Source: Lytechinus pictus (taxonomy: Eukaryota). From it: a stretch of DNA of 64,000 nt. Made by a program: the position numbers and the translations under genes. The DNA lies in contig NC_087245.1 of the NCBI RefSeq assembly GCF_037042905.1, positions 31,498,001 through 31,562,000 of the forward strand, written 5' to 3'. Of this stretch, positions 1-13,854 are shown one piece after another (positions within the stretch are counted from its first letter, which is position 1; every line of letters begins with the position of its first letter). A model generated the notes under the pieces. It was not told the origin of the DNA and searched no databases. It saw nothing but the letters and a program-made list of their open reading frames with translations.

Positions 1-1524
1 CATCACTTTTAGGGACAAACTTTTTTTTATGGGGGTGGGGGTTGGGGGCTTGCCAAATGTAATCAATGGTGGAAAAAATGACCTTCTTTTTAGTGACAAC
101 TTTATAAAAAAATTGTCAAATTTTACGCGAGACAAAATTACCTTCGATCATTGCTATAGTTAAAACCTTTTTTTTTTTTTTTTTTTTTTTTTTGGGGGGG
201 GGTTGCCAAATATCACGTGGACAAAATGACTTTCCCTTTTCTTATTTTTGTGGGGGGGGGGGGGCTTGCCGAATATTACGCGGACAAAATGACTTTCATT
301 TTGAGTGACCATTTTTTTTAACTTGTCAAACTTTACGCGAGACAATATAATGACCGTTTTTTTTTTTTTTTGTAAGAACCTTTTTTGGGAGTTGTCAAAT
401 TTTACTTGAGAAAATTCACCCCGCCCCCCCCTACTTAATTTGGAAAATCTTGGATGCGCCTCTATATAGTTTGAATCATAATGAAGATTAAGATCATGCG
501 TATATATAGCTTACATCCACGGCAGAGGCGTAAACCGCCGGGGGCATGCAGGCTGGCCCTTGATCCCCGGTCCAGTGGATTTCACCAAAAAAAAAACGGG
601 ATAAGAGAAAAGGAATGCAGGAAGGAAAAGAAAGAAAGAAAGAAAGAAAGAAAGACAGAAAGAGAAAGGGAAGAGAAATAAAAGGCCATAAAAAAGCAAA
701 AGGAAAGAAAAATGCATGCGAGAATAATTCCGAATGTTATGTCAAAATCTATTGCAAAATTGATATTTGTAATAAAAGTGACAAAGGTTTTGCTCGCTCG
801 CCTCTTCATCTGGTAGGCGCGTAGTCCCTCCCCCAAAAAAAAAATAAGGAGGGAATAGAGAAAATAAAAAGCGAAATGAGAAAAGGGGGGTGTATATAAC
901 TTAGTTTATAATTGTTTTTCCTTTTTTGGGGGGAAGGGGTCAAACCATTAACGTTATGTTTTTCTATAAATAGGTCTAATTGCTAAATATCCAGAGTTAT
1001 CGAGACCCACCTGCTGATATTGCACTGGGGGTACACGATGGAAGGGTTAGGCCTAGGGGCCCCCGAAAGTTCAACAACCAAGATAAAAAAGAAATGAAGG
1101 GAATTAATGAAAAGAAAAGGAAAAGTGTAAGTTAAGATATCTATCTCAAATTTAGATTTGCACGAAAAGTTTTTTTCTCGCTTGCTTCACTCGCTTGGAA
1201 CATATAAAGCAACTTTATTCCCACGCGCCATGTATGCCTACATTGGCCCTCTTTCTTTCTTTCATTTTATTTTTTTTTTACTCATCACGCTACCGTACTG
1301 CCACACACGGGTTTGCCCTAATGATCGTGGACAATCATAAAAAATATCATTTTCATACCATGTGACTGGGAAATTTTTGGCTCCACCCCCCCCCCCCCTC
1401 TCGATCCCTGTATCGATTTTGACTTGATAGGGGCCTATACCTGATGGAATTAGCTTCATTCAATATAAAATCATAACGGATAGAACGCCTTGAATACAGG
1501 CCAAACAGCCTAACGACATTGCCG

Positions 1525-1536
1525 TGTCACGTGACA
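1525..1536. promoter_or_regulatory. Palindromic E-box TGTCACGTGACA (CLEAR/USF-TFE type); candidate promoter element
   Basis: Exact GTCACGTGAC in a relatively CpG-retaining region; function is inferred only. Confidence 0.35.
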
Positions 1537-1920
1537 ACCAGTATTAAACGAGAATGTGCACAACCCTATGGCGACAAAATTTGCCGCAAAAGTTGAGCAA
1601 GTTCTGGACAAAAAGGCTTCAATACCCCAAGAAAAGACCAGGCGAGTACTATTTATACATTTTTTCAATTTAGTAATATCTAGAGTCTAATTTAAGAACA
1701 GATTTTGTCATGGAGCTCCATGGTAAGATCTAGTAATTTAAGTCCAACATTTAATTCGCGTGCACTCACTTTTTTAACACAGGAATTAATAGCCTTGGTG
1801 CTTAGAGTGGACAAACATAGGTGCGAAAAATAAATAATAAATAAAGAAAATTTTGACGAAATTAAGCGGTGATCTGTCAGAGACAGACCACCTAAAAAAA
1901 GACAATACACCAGTCGGTGG

Positions 1921-2008
1921 TAGTCTTGAGGACGCAATGATGATGATTTTTTATATACTGTCATATGACAGTATATAAAAAATCATCATCATTGCGTCCT
2001 CAAGACTA
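1921..2008. mobile_element. 88-bp perfect palindrome with 9-bp TSD (MULE-like mini-element)
   Basis: 44+44 bp perfect arms with no loop; AGTCGGTGG direct repeat at 1912-1920 and 2009-2017. Confidence 0.75.
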
Positions 2009-2710
2009 AGTCGGTGGACTGTACTTTTTATCAGAAGAAAAACTCTTTGAAACAGTCGGCTGCCAGCTATCTAGTGAGATCGACCCACTAGTTAGAAATT
2101 CACTGCCAAACGTGGTTCACTGTGCAAGGTTAGTATACTAATACTGACCTCGCACTAGTGTGAGTGACTTATGCCTTAGGCTTAAGTTAGGGGCCTATAA
2201 AAAGTATTCGGCCTTCACAAGTTTGACCTCGCCCCCTCGGTAAAAAAACGTACCGCAACTCCGACTAGCTACCGGTACACAAAAATAAATAGACGGGACT
2301 TACCGGTACTTCTTCTTACAAGATTTTCTTTAGAATTCTGCACTTGCTAAGGCTGGCCGAACTAGGATGTTCCCGCTTTTTCAAACCAACTCATCATTAA
2401 AAGGAAGAAATATCGTTTACTTGAAAATAACTACTACCGAACTTCGAATAAGTTCAGGTTTAAATTAAGTTACTAAAACTGAAAGTTACTCTTCTTTCTT
2501 GTGGACAGGATTACCGATTTAGCCTTTTTGTAATCTTCACTGCTGCGCCGATCGAGGGCAGCAAACATGTTTTATATGGTTCACTGTTTATTTTTTTTTA
2601 TCAAATTCAAAATATGCCGGGTGGAGAATGATATGGTCATTCCCGATCATAGAGATGCATAAAAAGTATATATCTCTATGTTCCCGATACAAGAGTTATG
2701 CACTTGTTTC

Positions 2711-2712
<2 letters not shown>

Positions 2713-2755
<43 letters not shown>

Positions 2756-2860
2756 CTTATTTATTCATTCATTCATTCATTCATTCATTCATTTATTTAT
2801 TTATTTATCTATTTATTCATTTATTTATGTATGTATGTATGTATTTATTTATTCATTTAT
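2713..2860. repeat. Compound tetranucleotide microsatellite (TATT/CATT/TATG)
   Basis: Direct reading. Confidence 0.95.
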
Positions 2861-3774
2861 TAGAAAATATTTATACGTACATGATAAGATGATCAGCTGA
2901 ATTGCTGTTTCACATCAATGTCCCGATTTCACAAGATTAAAAAACTTATAAAGTTACAATATCATGATGCAAATACGTATAAATATTTAAAACAGCATGC
3001 AGCATCAACACTGATGACAAAGTGACAATTCAGTCTAGGAACCTAAACGGCACCTTGATTCAAGTTAAAATTTCATTTATAAAAAAAACAGCTCTCCAAA
3101 AGGGCAGCCACTCTACAAGCACCCAAAGCGCCAAACGAGCACCCCATCCCCCAGAGTGTATAGATAACTATACACGAAGTTTGCAAGTATATCAATTACT
3201 TAGCTACTAAGTTCCGGTATATAGGCCTTTTTCATATTAAAAAAAGTAATCAGAGAAAGAATGAACATAAGGTTGAAAAATTCCAAAAATAGCATTATAG
3301 GCCTACTCCCCCCCCCCCCCACTTTGTGTTAAATAAAATAGTAGGTAAAACGTTTGTACCCCATTCCCTCATCCTAGTTTTTTCACAGTGACAATTTACT
3401 TTTGGTTGAAAAAAGAAAGCAATAAATGAATTTAAAAAAAAAAGGCCTTGTGGCACTCGGCATAGCATGTTTTACTGAATACAACTTGCTATGTCTATCT
3501 GCACAATTTCAGCACTTGAACATGACACTCCTTCCAGCGGCTCACTATATATAGCTTCCTATATGAGCTGCCAAAGTATACTACATCAAGTATCTCAATA
3601 TCGAGGGCTGAACCCCTTTAAAGGGATGCTCCGGGCTGAAGTTATTTGTATCTCAATAAATAGAGTAAAATTCACAGAGCAAAATGTTGAAATAAGATAA
3701 CAAATAACAAAGTTATTGAATGTTAAAGATTTGCATTATTCCGTTGAAACAATTCTAGGCATGTCTTCATAAAT

Positions 3775-4592
3775 GAAGAGCTCACTTGCAAAAGGGGTTA
3801 GGTCCATTTTTCATCAAATTTGATTTTTATGTCTTAATGTATATATAGATTTTTAGTAGCTCTATAAGATGATACAAAAAAAAGTTGAAATTCCTATTAA
3901 AAAGTGAACTAAAATTACAAAGAAATATCACCTTTTTTTCAAAAGGGGTTAGGTCCATTTCAGTTTAGTTGCAAAAGGGCTTAGGTCCACACAGAATTTG
4001 TTTGGAAAAGAATATCTTAAAATATATAAAGACAGGTAGATTTCTCTTATACCCAATTTTATGTTCTCATGGTAGGGTATCATGACATTTTTTTGCATAA
4101 GAATATTGTAATATGGGAGAATTAAAAAAATGATTTTCTTGGAGTGGACCTAACCCCTTTTGCAACTAAACTCTTCTGATGAACTCATTTGTCAAAAGGG
4201 GTTAGGTCCATTTTTCATAAATTTTATTGTTTTCTGTCTCTAAACCTCTAAATTTTTAGTAACTCTGATGATACCAAAGACAATTTGAAATTCAAATGAA
4301 AACGTGAACGAAAGTGGCAAAGAAAAATAACTTTTTTAATAAAAAGAAATTAGATTCATTTCAGTTTACTTGCAAAAGGGGCTAGGTCCACAATGATATT
4401 TTTTTTTTAATATAAAGAAAAAAATTGAAGACAGGTAGATTTCTTTTATACCCAATTTTATGTTCACATGATAGGGTATACCTCATGACAATTTAGTTTA
4501 TCATAAGAATATTGCAATAAGTGAAAATAAAAAACATGGTTTTTCTCGGAATGGTCCAAAGTGGACCTAACCCCTTTTGCAACTAAACTCTT
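3775..4592. mobile_element. Two tandem copies of an approximately 400-bp TIR element
   Basis: Each unit begins with (TTG)CAAAAGGGGTTAGGTCCA and ends TGGACCTAACCCCTTTTGCAACTAAACTC. Confidence 0.7.
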
Positions 4593-4614
4593 TAAATATT
4601 CATTAGGTGAGCAG

Positions 4615-4772
4615 GGGGGCGTTTCATGAAAGGACTTGTCGGACGTTTTATCCGACAAGTCCCATTTTATCCGACAGTTACCATAGTAACAGTACCTCTC
4701 AGCCAATCAACATCAGAGAAAGATGTCAGATCTGACAACTTGTCGGATGAAAATGTTGATGAAACACTCCCC
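4615..4772. mobile_element. Approximately 160-bp hairpin MITE (GGGGCGTTTCATGAAAGGACTTGTCGG family); other copies at about 10150-10312, 28835-29090 and 32985-33149
   Basis: Near-identical copies, imperfect TIRs, CWG flanks. Confidence 0.8.
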
Positions 4773-6649
4773 TGATGATGTCATATCCCCACTTGTCCTT
4801 GTATTTTTATCATATATTATATATGAAATTGGGTTTATTCAAAATTCTTCTACCAAGAACTAAAACAATTGGATTGACAATTAATTAAGTGCATTAGTTA
4901 TTTCTTGCTGCAACTTAATGGAGAAATATCATGTACACATAAACAATTATGATTTCATGTAATAACACAAGAAAAGGCAAAGTGGGGATGTGACATCATC
5001 TGCCCACCTAATGAATATTCATGAAGACATGCCTATAGTTTTACCGGAATAATGCAAATCTTTGAAATTCAATAACTTCGTTATTTGTTATCCGATTTTG
5101 ATGAAATTTTTTAGCATTTTACTTTGTGAATTTTACTCTATTCAGAGCTTAGTTAGATATAAATATCTTCAGCCCGGATTATCCCTTTAAGACGAATGGA
5201 AGGATGACTGGAGAAATTGTGTCACTTAAAAAAAATACTTTTTGTGTTAAAAAATAACAAAAATGCTCGAGGGTGTGATCGACCTATTGTAAACTTTGCC
5301 CAAGCAGCCCAACATACTGTGTTTGACCCCCTCAGATTATTTTGGATCAGTATGCTACTGTGCCCCTGTATCCAAATAAATGCTAAAATGGGATAAAGAG
5401 AAAGAAAAAGCAAAAGAAACTTGGGATAAATACTTTAAAATATTCATGTGACACAAATTAGAGCGTATAGGGGATCGTCAAAAAAAGGAACTTAATCAAA
5501 AGTTGTCGATTCAATTAATTGTTTTTATTCTCGGTGGACAAAACTTTAATGAATATAATTCTGTATAATGGAATACAAAATAATATGTGAATATATGACT
5601 GAGATCACTAACTTGCTCATTGGCATGCATATTCATAGTTCACCAATCACCGAAATAATGGGAAAATAGGCCTTAACTTTGTTATTCCTTGTCCAACTTT
5701 GATGAAGTGTTTTACTTGTTTGTTTGATAATACTTTATCTGTTCAAATCTTGTTATTTTCAGCCTGAAGTACCACTTTAAGAACATAATTAAGCTTAAGC
5801 GGCATATAGTGTTTATCCACCTCCCCTATCCCCCTCCCTTAAAATTTCACATAGGTATTAATCAAAGAGATCTCTATATAGCTTTGGCATAGCTTTGGCC
5901 AAACTCCATGCGTAAACCTAGCCTAGCCAAACCAAAAGGCCAACTCACAGCTACCGTAGCTAGCAGCGATAATCATCGATACGCGATACGGTGGATATTT
6001 ATATTTTTACAGCTGGCAGATTTTTGTAGAAATTGTGACTTGCTGCTTGTAAGTTTCCAAATCGTTTCTATAATTAATGTTGTTAATTTTACTTTAGAAA
6101 ATTAGTATGTTAATTTAAATGAACGGGATCATCGAATGGCCTTGTATTAACCGACATATTTTGGGGATATTATGGGGACGTGACCAAAATGACGAAATAT
6201 GACGAGGCATGACCGTCGGGGTCGTCGTCGTGCAGATACCGGCACGGTCCCGGTACGGTGGCAGCGGCGCACTGAACTGGCCAATTCAGTGTCTCTGCAA
6301 ATTAGTGCAATGTGTGTAGCGCCATGGCATTTGGATGGTGAGTCTGTGACGTGCAGTGTTGAGTGACTTGAAGTTTTTGAGAGTTGGGCTGCCAAGAGTT
6401 GACTTGAGTTGAGACAGTGTGAATACTTGTGAGCGATTTATCGATTGTCAACTGGGCGCTAATGCAGCTTCGCACCGGCCGACTTTGAGCAAACTCGCTT
6501 CCGCTTCCCCAGCAGAATTGTCCACAAATGAAATCTCATTCTCACTGTACCTCGCATGCTTGTGTGTGAGTAGACAGCTGGCAGCCGTCTGTTTCGAGGA
6601 GTTTTTTAACATTTTTTTTTTTTTTTAATTTCTCCTCATACACAGACGG

Positions 6650-7357
6650 CTCGCTAGCGTGCAGCCACCATTAGGGGACTTGCAATGCAAAATCCCCCCG
6701 TCGGGGCTCTTCAATTTTTGTCTTTAATGAGTAAAAATTTTGAAAATTCACGCGACCAAAATGCAAATTAATATTCCCTCTTGGCATCAATTGCCAAAAA
6801 ACTGAGAAAAATCAAGTTAAAAGGAACAAAAACAGTGACTTACCTCGGCTGTCGCGCAAATTCACTTCCCCGTTTTATCCGATCTTAAGTACATAAACAT
6901 ATGGCCATCGGGTCCCCTGTACAGATCGCGCTAGAACTTCGGTCTCTGTATTTGGTGAGTGAAGCCAACGGAGTTCAGCTGAACAACCAACATAACAGAG
7001 ACCGAAGCTTTTGGTCTAGTGTGTGAGTGGCTATCGTGCAGCCACCATTAGGGGGTTAACAATGCAAAATCCCCCGACGGGGCTTATCGATATTTGTCTT
7101 TATTTCATAAAAATATATAAAAAGAAATGTACCAAAATAAAGATTATTCCGTGTTGGCCTGAAATGCACCAAAACGGGGAAAAAATGGTGACTTCGGCTG
7201 TCGCGCAACTTCACTTCCCTGTTTTATCTGAACTTAATACATAAACATATGGCCATTGAGTCCTGTACTGTACAGATCGAGCTAGAACTTTGGTGAGTGG
7301 AGCCAACGGAGTTCAGCGGAACAACCAACATAACAGAGACCGAAGCTTTTGGTCTAA
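6650..7357. repeat. Tandem duplication (units of about 370 and 330 bp) in a CpG-rich unclassified repeat region
   Basis: GTGCAGCCACCATTAGGGG...CAACATAACAGAGACCGAAGCTTTTGGTCTA occurs twice. Confidence 0.75.
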
Positions 7358-7483
7358 GTCAGGTATTGCTTCACTTGGATTCGCCTCGCACCATGATGTT
7401 GATATGGACTGAATTTAGCGACCAAATCATGCAAACATGCGGCGAACAAACTGCCGGCATGCCGCAGGCAAATCTGTTGATCT

Positions 7484-8086
7484 TTAAAGGGGAATCCAGC
7501 CTTGGCCATAAAATGTTGTGTTGGGAAGGAGAAAAATAAATTAAACAGAATGGTGAAAGTTTGAAAGAAATCGGACAAGCATTAAGAAAGTTATAGCTGC
7601 TTTAAAATTGAGATCACTAATAGTATGTAGATTTCAAATTGGCAACTAGGTAAGTAAATTATGACAAGGGGCAAGGACAACTTTCCCATAGGCCATGTAC
7701 TTTATTATCAGGGATTTGTGGTTTTCTCCTTAGCACCCATTCCCCTGGGGCAGTAATCTAAATATAACCCAGGTAGTATATTGTTTTATGTCCTCATGAA
7801 AGAAAAATATAATTTGAAATAAAACTTTTGGGAAAAATGACATTTTAGCCATAATATGTATTGGAGTACATGGAAGAGTAGCCCTTGCCTTACATCACTA
7901 TGACATCCCATATGCGGCCAATTTGAAGTCTCCATGGGTATAGTGATTACCAATATTTACAACTTTTAAAAATTCATAACTTTCTTGTTGTTTGTCCAAT
8001 ATTGTTCAAACTTTCACCTATCAACTTGTCTGATTTTTCTTTTTCTTATAAAAACAAGTTTTTATTTGGGTTGGATTCCCCTTTAA
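7484..8086. mobile_element. Young approximately 600-bp TTAA-flanked MITE, copy 1
   Basis: TTAA-AGGGGAATCCA ... TGGATTCCCCT-TTAA; nearly identical to 19834-20437. Confidence 0.9.
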
Positions 8087-8863
8087 CTTCAGTCCATATC
8101 AACATTACGGCGAGCGGCGAAGCCAAGTGAAGCAATGTCTGACTAAGGATTCGAACGATCGGTGTCGTCGAGATGGAAGCCGAAATACAGCCGTTGGCAT
8201 TACCGATCGCATTATTCGGAAAAGCGATAGGTACATTGACCTTGAAATGTGACTGAGAGACTTGCTATGACATTTGTGAACAATTACTGGTGGTGAGGTA
8301 TGCTGGTAATCGGCTGGTGCGAAACTGCATTAACGTCAAGATTCGCCTGCGGCAGCTCACCTGTTTGTTCGCCACATATTGTTTCTTGACCTTGAAGTGT
8401 GATTGATGATTGAGACACTTGCCAAGACATTTTGTGAACAGTTTCTGGTAGGGAAATTTGCTTGAAGTCGGCCGGAACGAAACTGCATTTTAGCGCCGTC
8501 AACTGTTTGTGTGACTTGTACTTTTTTTTGCCAGTGCCAGTGTTTTTGTTGTCAGTTTTGAACTTGGGGATGGGCAAAGTTGCATACTGGCACAGGCCCT
8601 ACATTGCAAATCTATTACTTTTAGTTTTGAGGAGTTTTAAATTTAATTCAATTTCTTTACTTTCATTTTTATCATACTTCTAGTCTTGAGGTGTTTGGAG
8701 GATAACAACTATCATTCACTAATATCAATAAAAACTTGTTTAATTTTCCAAATGCCATTGTTATCCTCATAAGTACTGCCACTGGTATGCCAATATGTCA
8801 CTTACAAGATGTATCCAGCAGCTAATAGTCCCAAGACTCCCAATGAAAATACAATTATACAGT

Positions 8864-9675
8864 TAGGGACAGTGATTTTCCGCAATCGCGGAAAACGGAC
8901 GGAATTCACGGAAAGGGCCTTTTGAAACGGAAAGTGGCATTTCAAACGGAAAATCACGGAAAACGTATTTTCCCTCAAAATACACAGAATAGCAACAGAT
9001 ATTACTCCAAAATCACAACAAAATGAGAATATTAAATGGCCACAAAACCCCAGAAAACACGATCTCACTTCGCTACTATCATGACAATTCACACATCGTG
9101 ACTGCACTCGACATCAGCACACTCGATTGTACCCCGCGCCCGTACCCGGCCGGCCGGCCGGGTTGGGCTTCACACATGCACACATATCGTTCAACTACAC
9201 GGTCGTGTGTTGCTGCCCTCTACGTTTGAAGATGTAACGGCACAATATCGTGGTCTTAAAATTCAAGATGGCGGATTGGCGAAAGCCGTTGACTGATGAT
9301 AACGATGTCCAAAAAACCCCAAAATTATCGATGAAATATCATTTCACCGTGAAATAATGCTAATAATGTGAAAGGTGAGGATGTATGCATGCTAAACGGG
9401 TTTGTAAAAATATTTTATGCACCCGCATAGATCCGATTAGAACGGATTCTATTGTGTTGTTGGTACAGTAGCAGATACGAATTTTGACCAGTGCGAGTGT
9501 ACATATTGTGATTTTGCTATTCAATGTGTAAAGTGTGTAAACGGAATTGTCACTTTTCCGTGTGTACAAAGTCTATGGGGAAACGGAATTTCCGTTTTCT
9601 GACATGCTGAAACGGAATTTGAGATTTTCTGAAACGGAAAAGGCAATTTTTTTAAACGGAAAATCACTGTCCCTA
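8864..9675. mobile_element. Non-autonomous TIR element (hAT-like TAGGG termini)
   Basis: TAGGGACAGTGATTTTCCG ... CGGAAAATCACTGTCCCTA; flanking direct repeat (TA)TACAGT; subterminal ACGGAA repeats. Confidence 0.8.
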
Positions 9676-12600
9676 TACAGTGTGTATCAAAAAAGTTTGC
9701 ACTTTGTTAAAAAATTTTTTTTATAATATTCTGACGATTTGTTAACATTAATGACAATATATGAACATCACTCGCGCAAAACTGGGAAAGAGTTAAATTG
9801 ATTATAGTGGATGCTGGTACATGTACAGTATATCATAAAGAGTAGTACAGTGTGCAAAGCTACATGTACATTTAAGATTGAGTTGAATAGGCTTGAGTTG
9901 ATTTGAATAGGTTTGATTTTTTTCTTGTTATTCTTTTTTTCCCCCTTTTTCTCGTTGCCATGCTTGAGAAAGTGTGGAGAATGCATATTTGTATTAATCC
10001 CCTTAGCAAAAGGACAACACATAACCTTGAAAGAAAAATGTTGGAGATGTTTGAAATAAACTTTCGTTTACTTTGAGTTTATATATTATCCCCTCATATC
10101 CAGCTGTCACAAACAATGTGAAGTTATGTTTACCTAGGGTTATAACGTTCAGGGGAGCGTTTCATCAATATTTTCATCCGACAAGTTGTCAGATCTGACA
10201 TCTTTCCTTGATTCTGATTGGCTGAGAGGCACTGTTCCTATGGTAACTGTCAGATAAACTGGTACTTGTCGGATAAAATGTCCGACAAGTCCTTTCATGA
10301 AACGCCCCCCAGGATCAAAGTTATTCAAGCAAGTTGCAATACTATCATTCTTATTTTCATGGATGAAAAAATGCAAATAAATTATGAACAATAGATAACA
10401 TAGTCAATTTGTTTCATTGCCTTTATTCTTTGGCGCTGCTTGAAAATCAGTATTTTTTCCCAAACCCAATTCTGTGAGCTTTACAAAAGTGTTCAGTGCT
10501 CACTCATAATATTCAGGCAACAATCATACTGGCATCTGATACACAGGTAGAAGAGAGAGAAGCCCAATAATTTATGTGAAAGAATTATCCCCATATTGTA
10601 AATTTTTGAATTTCCAGGACCTTTTAAGAATTAAGAGCGTAATACTTAATACACAGAATACATGTACATGTAGATCTACTCAGTAGTCAACTTGCATGTA
10701 CATGTAATATTTTGGTGTCATTTTGATTTCTTTTGTACCTTTGTATTAAAGAGAACATTAGAAGTTTGCCCCTCTTGTCTAGTTGATAATCATGTTGTTG
10801 GTAATCTGACTGAGGTTGTGAGTCAATTCCTTTTTTAATATCTATAATTTTGAGTACATGTATGTCATTTATATCAAAGACATTTATTAGTAGACCTACA
10901 TGTAGGGCCAGTGATTTTTTTTTGAGGCATCCCTTTTATACATTTGCATTTGAAAATAAATAATTAAAAAATGATTCAAAGGAGCTGTTTTTATACATGT
11001 ACGTACACATCTACTGTACATTACATATTGCATGTACTGTACATACATAATCAGTTGTGCTTGAACATTATAAAGTTGAAATGTCATTCTCATATTGTGT
11101 ACTGGTATTGTACTCTTCACAATGACACTTTCTGGAAACTCCTCACATATTAACCTGGCATAAATGCCTTGACACTGAGTCACACTATTTAAGTATTGAG
11201 CTTGTACCTGTAGGGCTACATGTATAACCAAGGTAAATATTGACATTTTTTTTCTAATTGTAGTTCAAGAAACAAAAGCATGCATTTGTACATTGTGTGA
11301 GGGAAGCAAGGGTAGGAAACCATAGGAACCAAGTGTATATCTGTTTTTGTCTGTGACTGTGTACATGGACTTGAACATTATTGTTTTATCATCAATAATA
11401 CCCTATTTCAGTAGATGTATGTTACAGGTGTATGTTGTAAATTCTACATCATAATATGATATGGCATTGTACACTCAAGGTACATGACAGCATTTGGAAG
11501 AATTTTTTTTTTTTCAATTTTTTTACGCCCATCCTACGGGATGTATTATGGTATCACGCTCGGTGTACGTCTGTTAACTTTTCCTTGTAAACGCAATAAC
11601 TTCAGTTTAACTACCGAAATTTGGTGTGTATGATACTAGCATGGATCCCAGGAAGCTTAGTGATCTTGAGGTCAAAAGGGCAAAGGTCAAGGTCACATTG
11701 ACATGTTTTCATCTTACCCTTCTGCGGTCCTTGTAAACACGATAACTTCATTTTAACTTAACCAAGGCTTATATAATTTCGTGTGTATGATACTAGCATA
11801 AATAAATCCCAGGAATTCTATTGATTTTAAGTTCAGAAGGTCAAAGGTGAAGTTGCCACCTTCCACTTTTCTTGCTTGACCAATAACTCCATTTTCCGTG
11901 TTACAGGCAGGCGTATTTTGTGCTCGCCTTAATAACGACACTCTTGTTTCGTGTTGGAAACTCTGGCTCCATTGAGAAAATGAATAATTAAAAAATAAAT
12001 AAAAGCGAGCCAAATAAGTTGATATAAATATTCATGCTAAGTTCTCAAAGTCCAGGACATCTGATGAAGTTGAGTTGCAGGTCAACCCAGGGGCTGGTCT
12101 TATGATTAAATAGGTCCAAGGGCGAGTGAGCACTTTTGCTTCTGATTTCTGAGGATAAAACTTTTGTACAGTATGCTTCTGATTGGTTTACACTGTACAT
12201 GGTAACCATATAAAGAAGATTTAGGTTGGCCCATGACCCAAAGTCACAAAAATGGTTTTTATTCCTTGGTTTCAAATTTATACGGAGATTTCCTCCTCAG
12301 TTATGTTTGAGAGCATATATTTTGAAAGGGTTCAATATTTAATGCACGCTTTTTTCTAAATTGATGCTTGTTACTATCCACTGTTTATGTTTAGATCTAA
12401 ATCAAAACAACCGCTGAGCTCTTGAATTCAAAACAGTGGACTTGGTATAGGCTAACTAAGGTCACAATCCCCCAGTCGAGTTGTCATCGGCCGGACGCTT
12501 GCCGCTGCCCGCTCAGAAATCGGTTGATGATCTCGCGGCGAATTCAAGAACGGCCGGGCGATTACGTAAAATAGGCCGATGGCCGGTGGGAGACCACCAG

Positions 12601-13750
12601 GGAATCGGTGGGTCGTCGGCCGATCACGGCTCAAACGCCAAAACAGAATAGTTCCCTGATATGACCCAGATTTGGCCTTGAGTAATGGTTAATCGACAGG
12701 GTGCTGCTCGGCTTTTTACAGCCCCTCTGCATCTGAGTGGGACCAAATAATGGGATAGCACTTGGATTATTGCATGGAGTTAATGTAAAAATGTGGAGAT
12801 ACCGACACTCTTCATGGTAATTTAACCAACCATTCAAATTCAAACTAAGCCCCTTCCCCCTCTTTATTGTACATGTTGGTCTGAAATGGTTTGGATTGGG
12901 TTAAAAATCAGAACTTGAATTTTAATATAATGTAGTTGAAACACCACATTATACTAAAGTTAAGATTCTAACAAAAAGTTGTGAATGTAGTTGTGTAGTC
13001 ATGTTGAATAGAAAAGTAGATATCCAGTTGGTGCGTCACAGGCGTGTCGTGTTTTATTTAATTTTTTTTTCTCTGATTATGCGTGGAATGGGATGAAAAG
13101 CAGGATTTGAAAACCACTAATGCTCAGATGACAAAAAAAATGTAAATGTTATGATTGATATCCTCTTCTGACATTTATTCAAATATTTGCTTGAAATATT
13201 CATTGGAATACAAAAGATTTAGAAATTATTAAAAAGAAAAAGATGCTTGAAGATTCCTCAATATGTGAATAATAGATAAAATGTGCGGTGTTATTATCTG
13301 ATGGTAGATCCTTTGGCTTTGTAATATGGTTTTTCGACTTGTCTAGACTGAACATCCTTGATCATTTTGTGCAGCTTAAATCCATTTTGCTTCAAGCTTC
13401 CCTTTTAGTTGTGGCTTGCAGTCATTATTCAGTGGAGCCAAAATTAATCTTGCATGACGATGATGTGAAAATCCAGGGGTTCACAACAATACGGTCCCTG
13501 TTTTGGGTCTGTTTTACATGTATATTCTCTCTCTCTTTCTTTCTCTCTTTTTCTTTGTTTGCTTTTCTTAGGTTTAAAAACAAATCTCATTGTAGTTGGA
13601 ACTAGAAGTTTTGTACATGTACATGACGTCAGAGACGGGCAGCTCCTAATATATTGTGTTACATGTACATGATAGGAAAGCAGCTCGCATATATATACAG
13701 TATGAGGTCACAAATAACAATTTTCAAAAGTCATCCATGTACTGTAACTA

Positions 13751-13854
13751 TCTTTGACTACCTGTTTACCTGTTTCACCAGAGAACAATAGATTCAGTGG
13801 AACAAATCTATTGTTCTCTGGTGAAACAGGTAAACAGGTACATGTAGTCAAAGA
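13751..13854. repeat. 44-bp inverted repeat (hairpin) with a 6-bp CATGTA insertion in the right arm
   Basis: 13751-13794 versus 13805-13854. Confidence 0.9.

Larger units (their letters stand above)
3618..5190. mobile_element. TTAA-flanked (Kolobok/T2- or piggyBac-like) MITE with nested insertions
   Basis: TTAA-AGGGATGCTCCGGGCTGAA ... TTCAGCCCGGATTATCCCT-TTAA; interrupted by the elements at about 3775-4590 and 4615-4772. Confidence 0.7.

Noticed and set aside
7297..7578. ORFs shared with 19725-19928 (MSDFFQTFTILFNLFF...)
   Set aside because: They reflect the duplicated non-coding MITE, not a gene or transposase.
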